A stretch of 61,200 nt of DNA, the filler included, from Catajapyx aquilonaris (taxonomy: Eukaryota): NCBI GenBank assembly GCA_000934665.2. It is 3 parts of 3 records of this genome, joined end to end, with 100 filler letters (N's around TTAATTAATTAA, not from the genome) between each part and the next. Parts side by side here need not be neighbours in the genome. Positions count along the whole stretch, not along the records: positions 1 to 20,591 come from JYFJ02006322.1; positions 20,692 to 40,942 come from JYFJ02006323.1; 1 more part is not named here. One strand, given 5' to 3'. A model generated the notes under the pieces. That model searched no databases. It was not told where the DNA came from and worked only from the letters and a program-made list of their open reading frames with translations. A program made the translations under genes and the position numbers. Positions within the stretch are counted from its first letter, which is position 1. The number at the start of each line of letters is the position of its first letter. Below, piece by piece: positions 12,401 through 21,600 of this stretch.

Positions 12401-14957
12401 TCACTGCACAGCATACAGCATCTTGCAAGTATCCTAGCTACAATATTGGATATCAGAAAAACAGTACGAATCTGCAGACTCTTATGCACCTTGCAGTGAG
12501 TCTAATTTTAAACACATTGTTGCTTGCAGGCAACTTATGGTTCAAGCGTGGTCATTGTCACCTTGCAAAAATAAAAGATGATTAAAAATGCCTACCTCAG
12601 GAAGAATGGCTGCAGCCTCGTGTTGATTCTGTAGGTTGTGTGGGGTAGTCACGCAGCTGTTGATTGCTTGGCATACAGTCACCCAAGCATCCATGTTCTT
12701 CTGCAACATTTGACTCTAAGAAAGGAAAGGATTACATTAGAGCCATAAAACTGACGACACCTTCATCGACATGCACCATGTCACATTTGATGTACAGGAG
12801 CGTATCACTCAAGAGAGTCGGCAAACAATGACGTTTTAAATGATTTGACTCCTCATGTACTACGTGGCTAAATGAGTTGCCTTCTTTGAATCATGTAACC
12901 TGAATCATTATGACTTCAAATAAGGCACAAAGGCTCTTGATTCACTTCCGTTGAAATAATAAGAAAGTGTAGGATGCCATCATTAACGGCATCAGTAGTA
13001 ACTGCAACGCTAGCCTTCCTGATTAAAAATCCATGTAATTTCAATAACTAATCATAGTAATGCTTACCTGTTAATAATAATGAGAGGCTATCCCTTATTG
13101 AAAAATTGACATGCCTGCAGCTTTCAACACAATATTGTGCATTCAAGTTATAATATTCACCTCTCCCAATAATTTGTAAATGATCCATGTTCGATATCCT
13201 ACGCACAGAAGGCGTAACATACGTCTGAGCCAGGTTCTCATGCTGCAGTAGGGGAATTGAACGTACACTTACGGAGAGGTCCCTGAAGAGCTGCATGAGG
13301 TCGTGGAGGCATCCGGCCTGCCTGGCCATTCCCTGACCCTGGGTGCTCCCTGACACCAGATCCATCAGGAGGTTGGCAGCCAGCCTGGCCTGCACCGGTT
13401 CCTTGCATCCACCACCCGCCACCCTCACGTCGCTAACCATAGCAGCCATAACTCGATGCACCCTGGCAAAGACGGCCTGCGACCTCAGGGCAGCTTTGGC
13501 TTCGGGACAAGACGCAGCCTTGGCAGCACTGGAGAGCACGTAGAGGCATCCTTCAGACACGGAGGGGTCGGTGGTTCGCTGCAGGAGCTGGAGCACAAGG
13601 TTCACTCCTCCCTGGTCAACGAAGGAGCGGTGGGCCTCACGGTGGGAGCCCAGGATCAGGCTCAAGGTGGTCAGGGCTTCCACGCATGTGGGCAAAGATG
13701 GAGGGGACGACGATGCGCCTGAGGACGACTCCAGGCTCAGGCTGCTTAGGAGCAGGCGCACATTCAAGTCTATACATAAAACAAGGAGGAAAGAGATGAG
13801 TATTGATAGCGAATATGTCAGCTCAGCAATTCATGATCATTTTGTCAGATGTGACAATATCTAATCAGGATCGCAGCACCCGAGATATTTGAACTAAATT
13901 TAACAACGCAAATGGGCTTTCCAATGACCCATGAAACCTTCCATGACCCTTTTTCTACGATGTAATTGCATTCTATTTGAAATTATTGAAGACATTTTGC
14001 AGATCGCATGCAGTGCACCATCAGGTCAAGCTGTGTGACATCAATTGACAAACAAGCTCCAGTTTAATGAATATAACACAGCTGATCTTAAAACGAAACA
14101 AAAGTCGCGCATTGTTCCATAAAATGTTGCAGAGTTCGCATAATTATATCAAAAGAAGCAACCACTTTAAAACTATGATCTATGAATAATGAGTGTCACA
14201 GGAAGGGCATGTTCTTCCTTCACAATTAATCAACCGACTAACCTTGAATAGAAAACAAATGTTACAAGTAAAACTGCAGATGCATAAATTTTGCATGACT
14301 TTGAGGACATCACATAGCGCTGACTGAAAAGATGTGGCAGTGTTAGATGCCAGCATAGCAATGCATAGCTAATGAGAAAGGCGACAGCACAATATGGGAG
14401 AAGGCCACATCAGATTGGACTGGTCTTATTGCTCAAATTGACTTGGCAAATGTGAACAAGTAATGACTCACTTGAAAGCTCCTGCAAGCTGAAAACATCT
14501 CAATCATGCAATTATTACGGCTGAGAGTGCACCTACGACGCAATACGCTCAATTTAAGTGGAATAAGACACATGAATGTAAAATAGCGACTGATTTATAA
14601 GCTGCATTCACTTGTCAGCTGAATAACACGTGATAATAGTGTAGAATAAGGACTGAATTACTTTTCTTAAAATAAATGCGCTGTTGTGAGAGCAGCACGG
14701 ACAGTTACAATAGAATCAAATATGTGAATATGCAATGTCACATGCAGGCAATATCAGCACATCTCTAATGAAGCTATAATTAAAGAAAATACACTCAAAT
14801 TTATCACATGCAATTTATAGGTTTGGATGAGCCGTGGCATATCCTGATGGCATTGTAGGGAGAATCTGTGACAATATTAATTCAATCGCCTTCTATACAC
14901 TATTGATTTGAAAAATAGTACTGCGATGACCGAATGCCAAATCCTACCTCCTGGCAT
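6466..14957 (-). CDS. TERB1: Telomere repeat-binding bouquet formation protein 1 homologue (ARM repeats + C-terminal Myb). Predicted exons 14957-14948, 13769-13273, 12715-12596, 11993-11688, 11616-11439, 11078-10532, 10373-9887, 6771-6553, 6471-6466; 2370 nt, ~789 aa
   Basis: Colinear matches to vertebrate TERB1 as recalled: DLNVRLLL (DLNLLL), VEALTTL (KEALVTI), FVDQGGVNLV (FREIGGLMFV), LVSGSTQGQGMARQAGCLHDLMQLFR (LVSNNRTGQTLVRETGCITVLSRLFR), WVTVCQAINSCVTTPHNLQNQ (WSSVCSTLCVCVNNPQNDENQ), NQERFAKVGG, YLLTMAH (MLTLGH), Myb RRVEYTEEETHNIVEGVKRFG (RKNFTEEEVNYLFNGVKKMG). All introns are GT-AG and phases join into one ORF. The 10-nt first and 6-nt last coding exons are less certain. Confidence 0.85.
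6982..7290. mobile_element. Tigger/pogo-type MITE resembling MER2/Tigger3 derivatives, in a TERB1 intron
   Basis: Termini (TA)CAGTGGGCCCTCCGTATCC ... GGATATAGAGGACCCACTG; internal acatcctcccataaactttaaataatatctacattatttaatacctag...tgtaaatgttatgtaaatacttgtacactgtattgtt resembles the MER2 consensus as recalled. Confidence 0.65.
7352..8611. mobile_element. Degenerate long-arm foldback MITE, left arm interrupted by a SINE
   Basis: 7352-7480 plus 7791-7945 is the imperfect reverse complement of 8270-8611 (e.g. ggacagtgaatttctgtggggtctggtaa vs ttaccagacccccacagaaattcactgtcc). Confidence 0.75.
7488..7786 (+). mobile_element. tRNA-derived SINE with V/Meta-like central domain and (TTA)n tail
   Basis: A-box TGGCAGAGTGG, B-box-like GAGTTCGATC, then tgtggattttcgatgggttccctccctgttcacatgggttttctcgaggttctcccgtttcctcc, and a (TCA/TTA)n tail at ~7735-7785. 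Imperfect target duplication atagagcta/atagcta. Confidence 0.8.
11106..11363. repeat. Diverged direct duplication (~115-bp unit x2) within a TERB1 intron
   Basis: gttattaccaagtcactc..aaataatccgtaaaatctac..gcgaatctgaaagc..atgacttaaagcgc..aagaatcttagt recurs at ~11250-11363. Confidence 0.8.
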
Positions 14958-16941
14958 CTCGTTTTAAAGGGTTCTGTAAAAAGTAAATGTCATTTGCTGA
15001 CCACCACCACGGAGCTTTAATATCAAATGGGATCACTGGGTCTAATCGTACATGTCCGATTTGGCTGTCACATTGGGCTTCTGCACACACCAACTTTGCG
15101 CCTGAGCACAACGTCTACTAGTATGTAATGTAAATGAAGTGTTGCCCACACTACAGAGTCCCAGCTGAAGGTTACGTCGTGTCATATGCTCCTGATTGTG
15201 CACATCCCATTTTTGCTTTAAAAGGCAGCCTCCCACCCACCAACCATTACTTGAAAGCCACCCATACCCAAACATGACAACTGAGGGTGGTTATAAGCCC
15301 TGCAGTTGCCTTAAATGTAAAGCATTTGACACCAGGTACACATTAAGACATTATCATAAACAAAACATGACAACACAGCTAATCATCCCGAGTTATCATA
15401 TGTTTGGCTTTACGTAGAGGGTGGCATCAAGCTCAAGGGGCGGTGGAGAGATGCCTTTTAAAGCAAAATGGGGTGGACCTACTCTGCACGTTATTTCTTC
15501 GCAGTCGACTGGCAACTGATGCGAAATTATTAGTCGGCTGGCCAGGGTTGTCCAAATAAATGTGAATTGCCAACAACAGCATTGTGCATCCATCTTTATG
15601 CTAAACCTATGAGGTAAATCTCTCCTCATTGCTCGTCATATCCCAATTCTCCGGCTCCAACTGCTGTTGAAATAGAGCAGCATTTGTGCGGATTCTCATA
15701 AATCACAGGCCGTTCAAAAGATTTCGCATTATCCACATGACATGTGGGTTTACATACATCCGCAGTGCTCAAAGCATATTGCAGTTGCATCCCTCACGAT
15801 TGATGATCTATTGCAGTCTAACAAATACCGCTAATTGTTGATTAATAGTCGGTAACAGTTAAAGATGTCCATTAAACCCTCTATCTACCCGTAGTGGCGC
15901 AACTAGCCTAAGTTGGAGTATAGAAGCCTCGTGTCATCTTTACCAGACGCAATAACTTCAGATCTCGTACATTAAAACGAGTGCTTCTTGATTGATGAGG
16001 TTCTGGAAAAATTATCTGCACCGAAATGCAAAATAGACTGTATTATAGCCTTGCAGTGACTGCTGGGTCACATGAGGCGTGTGACTAGGATCTATCCTTG
16101 TAATGTTAAGAATTTTCCCGTGTCACAGACTAGAATGTGTCAAGCAAATGTCATTGAATCATTACGGTTCTCCTGGAAGTGAGTTCACAGTTGGTAAAGT
16201 CAAAATTTGACAACTGATACAGAACTGTAATAGTTTACAACAATACATTCGGGTTAATGTAGCAGGCCCACCCGTAACTTCACCGTAGCCTAAAGCACGT
16301 ACATCATGTTCCTGGCTACATCTTTTTCAATTGTTTGCAATCGTATGTGACATTTCAAAACACGGCACGTATACAATGACTGGGCAACTTGCCGCACAAG
16401 ATATGCTGATAGCATTCAACTAAACTACAAGTCAGATAACATTTCCAGTTTCAAAACTTTCAGGTATTTCCAACAATCCATGACAATTGATGGTTAAATT
16501 ATGCGCTTGCATTTCCACGCATCCGATTCGTGAAGCGTACGCCTTGGTTCATTAAGTGCAAAAAGAAAAAAAAAAGTGGGAGTAATCAATGCCACAAGTA
16601 GGTTCAGGTGTCCTTCACATTGTTGCCCCTTTTTTTTTCCTCCTGTACTCTCCCACTTCAAGAAAGAACCATGTAAACATGATGACTCATTCCTACAGCC
16701 CGATTAGCAAATCTACACTTATGCACTGCATCTCAAGGGTGTTTTTCTCAACAGGTCTCTCAAAAGGAGAGGGGGGAGGCTGATACGTCCTGGCACTGTT
16801 ATGTCAGCCCTTCCAAAGTGTACAGCCAATCCTTTGCACACACGTACGGCTCACAATTTGAAACAATTGCGCTAAACGGGGGCCTGTACCTGTCGGAACA
16901 TGTTAGCATAAATTAATGCTGAAATCTAGCCGTAACGGTCG

Positions 16942-17411
16942 AGGGGTTAGTCACTTGGTACTGAAGTGTAAGACGGACTTTGCTTAGGCTCTTCATTAGA
17001 CTTTATCAACTTCAGTCAGACTTTATGGAATTCACTTTGACTTTACAGACTCCAGTCGGACTTTAAAGACTTCGTCAGCACTTTACGGACTTTATGGACT
17101 TCACTCGGGCTTCACGGACTATGTCTGCACTTAGCGGACTTCAGTCAGACTTTACGGAATCCGCTTAAACTTTACAGACTTCAGTTGGGACTTCACAGAC
17201 GTCACTCGGGCTTCCAAGGCTTTGTCCGCACTTGAAGTACTTCAGTTGAACTATATGAAGACTTCACTCGGGCTTCAAAGCCTATGTCTGCACTTAACGG
17301 ACTTCACGTTGGACTTAAAGGACTTTGTCCGGACATCCAGTCAGACTTCACTTGGAATCCAACCCGACTTGAGCCCCGGTGTATTAAGAGCTTCGTAAGT
17401 GACTAACCCCT
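16942..17411. mobile_element. TIR element filled with a degenerate ~10/20-bp GACTT minisatellite
   Basis: Perfect 15-bp inverted termini AGGGGTTAGTCACTT ... AAGTGACTAACCCCT enclosing many gactt-cagtca / gactt-tacg units. Confidence 0.7.
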
Positions 17412-18273
17412 GGGTTATGGTTGCACGAAGCGCTTTTTGTTTCGCGTTGTACGGCCTGCCCTGGTTACAACTACCGGTGGTCATGACACTATGCAATTAC
17501 CCTACTTTAGCTCAGCACGGGTGTTGCAATCACTGGTATCGTTCCGTCATTTGCACGCACTTTGAAGCCCTCGGAACAAAGGGGAGTAGTAGGTACCTGA
17601 CATCTGCGGGGCCAGTTGCCGGCCAGCCTGCCTCCTCTCATGCGTAGGGGACTCGGCCCTCGAGCCGCCACTGGGATGACGAGGGGGGCGAGCTAGAGAG
17701 AGAGGGGGACCACCACCACCAGAGAGAGGGAACGAAGAAGAGCTGGGGGGCTCAGTCCGAGTCGGGGGATGATGAGTCGCACTCCATTGTTGCCCAAAGG
17801 GGAGGAGAGGGGAGCGCTCGCAGAGAGGGAAAAAGAGAGGCCGATAGGATCCCCACTAGAGTGACGACCAGCTTACAGGCAGAGCCCCCACAGCCCCCTT
17901 CCCCCTTCCCCCCTTGAAAACTGCGGGGAGGGGGATTGAAGTAGCGGAGTTGCTACGTGGAGCCGGATTGAGCGTAGCTGTGTGGAGATTTTGCAATGGG
18001 ATGGATATGGGGAGGGTTGGAAGTAGCGGAGTTGGTTGGGACAGGGGATAGCCCCGTACGTAGCTGCTTCATCATGTAGCAGTGAACCCACGGTGAGTGA
18101 ACCGTTGGCTGCTTGTTCTGGTGGCGACACTGCCGGATCACATGATTGCGTGGGCCAATGGGAGGGAGTTCTGGTGGCTACACCTTGTTCACGTGATTGG
18201 GTGGTCCAATTAGAGAGCCTGGCGGAAGGAAGTCGCCAATTTCTGACTTCAGGTCGTCTCTGATTGGCTGGAG

Positions 18274-18277
<4 letters not shown>

Positions 18278-18347
<70 letters not shown>
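18278..18347. repeat. (AT)n microsatellite
   Basis: ~35 consecutive TA dinucleotides. Confidence 0.98.
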
Positions 18348-18348
<1 letters not shown>

Positions 18349-18450
18349 TGTTTTATACGTGTCCTATGGAGGCTGCCATCTTGCGTTGCAATGGAAATAG
18401 TGGCCTGTTCTGACGTCACGGTCGACTCCGATTGGCTGGAGTAGTACAGG

Positions 18451-18880
18451 CAAGGAGCATATACTATACATAATAAGAGGCGCAAACATTCGATTTTTGC
18501 GTCTCTCTGTTTGGGACGTTGCCAAGGCTGGCGGCCATTTTGAAGTGTGTGGAACGCCAACGAGGTATAAATAGGGTACAGGCTAAAATAGGGTCTGCCA
18601 TCTTTGATTCGCGCGTGTTCTTGCCTTTCTTGCCATGTATAGTTGCCATGGCCGCCACAATCATCAAAGATGGCGAACCCTATTTTTGCCTGTACCCTAT
18701 TTATACCGCGTTGGCGTTCCACACACTTCAAAATGGCCGCCAGCCTTGGCAACGCCCCAAACAGAGAGACGCGAACATCAAAGGCGCCGACAGAAGTTTT
18801 CGCCTCTTACTAGTATGTAGTTACTAGTATGTAGTTACTAGTATGTAGTTACTTAGTATGTAGTATAATTATGCTCCCTG
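18451..18880. mobile_element. Long-TIR MITE; a partial second copy lies at 51578-51790
   Basis: ~150-bp inverted arms (C(A/C)AGGGAGCAT..ACTA termini; gttgccaaggctggcggccattttgaagtgtgtggaacgccaac vs its reverse complement); 13-bp tagtatgtagtta tandem expansion in the right arm. Confidence 0.85.
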
Positions 18881-18944
18881 GTACGTTAGGAGTGCCTGCG
18901 ACTTGTGGCCAGCTTGTGGCGACTCATCCTCTACAGTAATGGCC

Positions 18945-19254
18945 GTAGGGGTAAGCTAACTTATGCGTTTTGGGAGGTGGCTTCGTGTCCTTGGCAACCA
19001 TAATTAGCCCCACCCCCTGCTGAGTTTTATTTTGTATGGAATATAGAACGAATTGGGTAAATATTTCCCCCCTGCTGGGTTACCGTTACCAATTGCGTTA
19101 GTGTAAACAAACTCATCTAATTCTTGCGGTTTTAGAACAACGCTCATCTCCTTTGAATCGAATCCTGATTGGTTGACCGGTAGGGGGCGGGGCTAATTAT
19201 GGTTGCCAAGGACACAAGCCACCTCCCAAAACGCATACATTAGCTTACCCCTAC
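18945..19254. mobile_element. MITE with ~65-bp TIRs
   Basis: GTAGGGGTAAGCTAA..TGCGTTTTGGGAGGTGGCTT..GTGTCCTTGGCAACCATAATTAGCCC and its reverse complement at ~19190-19254. Confidence 0.85.
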
Positions 19255-20453
19255 TATAGGTCCAATGTGAGGTATATAGTTCTGGTGGCTATACACATGG
19301 TCACGTGATGTGTGGGCCAATAGAGTACACTCCATAGCTGCAGTTATCGTGACTTGAGGTTCTTTCACCTATAGGATAAGCGGTTGCACATTTTTTCGGC
19401 TGGAAAAGAGCCGGAAAAGTGTTATCATTGCTGTGGAGAGTGCGGAACATGCATATATTAACTTTTCCAGCTGTTTTCCAGCCGGAAAATGTTTCTTGCG
19501 GCCGCGTCTTTGGCTCCAGGTCCTGTTGACATGCAGCCAGGTCAGTTACAGTATTTAAGCAAAGGGTCTAAGATTAGCAATAATATACTATGGGATACCA
19601 TAATATTATGCAACACAATGCGAAGAAATCATCGCATAGGATTACTTGGTGAGCAATCTAGTATTTCCTGTAACCAGTGTAACGTCTTTACCCCTTCATA
19701 TATTTCATGTAATGTTTATGACTCAAACGAGTAGGATGATCATGTGTGTATATCATGCATGTTTGTGTATGCCTACTGTGGATGGTGAATCCACGGAAGT
19801 AGTATATAACATCACATATGTGCCTCTTTTTTTACATGCATTTGGCTACAAATCATGTGAGACTATTGGTAATAAAAATTCACGTGCAGACACGACAGGT
19901 GCACTGTATATGATCAATCCGCACCTGAAACGCAATACAACAGTACACCTGCAGCTCTAGTTGCAATATTTGTTTGCCACATTATCCGTTCCAGACAGGT
20001 GGAAGTCAGGTGCATCCCAGCTTTACAGGTACATGCAAAACCTTACGTTTTATTTGCTTTTGTAATGTACATTACAAAAGCAAATAAATAATATACAGAT
20101 ATAATATTATTATTCCTTGCATCAAAACTGCATAATTTGATGCAACTGATATATGCTTACGTAATGTAGGCTATGGCTATATATGTTTATTTGATTTTAA
20201 AGAAGACTTATTAGACCTGATAGTACCGTACTGCACGTATATAAATCTAACAACAACAACAATCTCTGTATATATCTTGGTATATACACTATAAAGCAGA
20301 AAGTTTGTCTGTATGTCCGGACTACCTAACCCACTTTCGGACTACTGAGAGTGCTGAAACTTGTCACACGGTCGATAAACTGACTTAATTTATCAATTCC
20401 CGTTGCAAATAATGGCTCCCCCTGCCAGTAACAATAGCAATAACAATGACACC

Positions 20454-20484
<31 letters not shown>

Positions 20485-20591
20485 GCTACATATAACGTAC
20501 GAGGGCGGTTCGGAAAGTTCTAAGAATCGCTCAGAGATGGCGTTGCAATCGAAATAAAAAAATACGCATTAGAAGGCCTCATCTGTTCTAA

Positions 20592-20691
20592 NNNNNNNNN
20601 NNNNNNNNNNNNNNNNNNNNNNNNNNNNNNNNNNNTTAATTAATTAANNNNNNNNNNNNNNNNNNNNNNNNNNNNNNNNNNNNNNNNNNNN
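20592..20691. other. Artificial contig linker
   Basis: 44 N + TTAATTAATTAA (stop codons in all six frames) + 44 N. Confidence 0.95.
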
Positions 20692-20786
20692 TCCGACAGG
20701 ACCATGACGGTATGACCCCCCCCCAAATCGAAAGTCTGGATCCGCCCCTGCACAGAGGTCGGTTTTTTGAGTGGGTCGGCCTACTG

Positions 20787-21014
20787 TACTGCCGTCAGAT
20801 ATGAGAAGACCGCACCTCAATGTCCACTTCCCCTTGCGGCGAGAAAAAAAAGCAGTGGTACCAAAAGCACCCAACAGGTGGAGTTGGGATGCCGTTCCTT
20901 TTTTCCCCTTTCCCCAACGCCACCTCTTGGATGCTTTCGGTAACACTTGCTTTCTTTTCTCGCCGCAAGGGAAGTGGATATTGAGTTACGGTCCTCTCAC
21001 ATCTGACGGCAGTG
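20787..21014. mobile_element. Hairpin MITE (~100-bp arms)
   Basis: ACTGCCGTCAGAT..CTCAATGTCCACTTCCCCTTGCGGCGAGAAAA vs TTTTCTCGCCGCAAGGGAAGTGGATATTGAG..ATCTGACGGCAGT. Confidence 0.8.
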
Positions 21015-21204
21015 TAGGTCAGCATTAATAGTAGTAGGGGGCCTCTTGCCATCAAACTGCTTGTGTTGAGATCATACCACTGCCTAACCTCAACCATTTA
21101 ACAACCGGGAATTCCCCGCATAAATAAATGGCAATCGACAATACCACCATCCATATCTTATCCTTTTATAGTCCGGGCCCTAAGCGCAAAAATCAGGCCT
21201 AACC

Positions 21205-21600
21205 TTGCACTTTGTGATAAAAAGGTGCCACTTGGCACATATGTTCCTTAGGCCTACAGGAGCAATTCCAGAGTTGCAGGCAACTGATCGGCCCCTTAGG
21301 TCACGAGTTATGCGGTGTTGCCAACATGGCCGGGGATGACCTGAGCGTTTTTTAACGTTGCATTTTGTGATAAGAAGGTACCCCTCCTTAGGTCAGGAGT
21401 TTGCGGTGTTGCCAACCTGGTCCTGGACCTCGGCGTTTTGAGCCATTTTTAACTTTGCATTTTGGGATAAGAAGGTGCCACTTGGTACATATGTTCCTTA
21501 GGCCTATAGGAGCAATTTCATAGTTGCAGGCAACTGATCGGCCCCTTAGGTCACGAGTTATGCGGTGTTGCCAATCTGATCAGGGAACTAAGCGTTTTAA
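21205..21600. repeat. Tandem array (two full ~130-bp units plus one partial), probably subterminal repeats of a DNA element
   Basis: ttgca(c/t)tttg(t/g)gataa..aaggtgccacttgg..catatgttccttaggccta..gttgcaggcaactgatcggccccttaggtcacgagttatgcggtgttgccaa at ~21205 and ~21455, partial at ~21358. Confidence 0.85.

Noticed and set aside
13223..13242. Extra small TERB1 exon or alternative donor at 13223
   Set aside because: It would need a ~30-nt intron or give a phase-2 junction incompatible with the phase-0 acceptor at 12715.
16960..17390. CRISPR-like repeat array
   Set aside because: Degenerate contiguous ~10-bp units, no unique spacers, no cas genes, eukaryotic context.
18249..18827. Mirror-image ORFs with identical N-termini on both strands (also 48403-49181)
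   Set aside because: By-products of inverted-repeat arms and the (AT)n tract; no protein-family signal.
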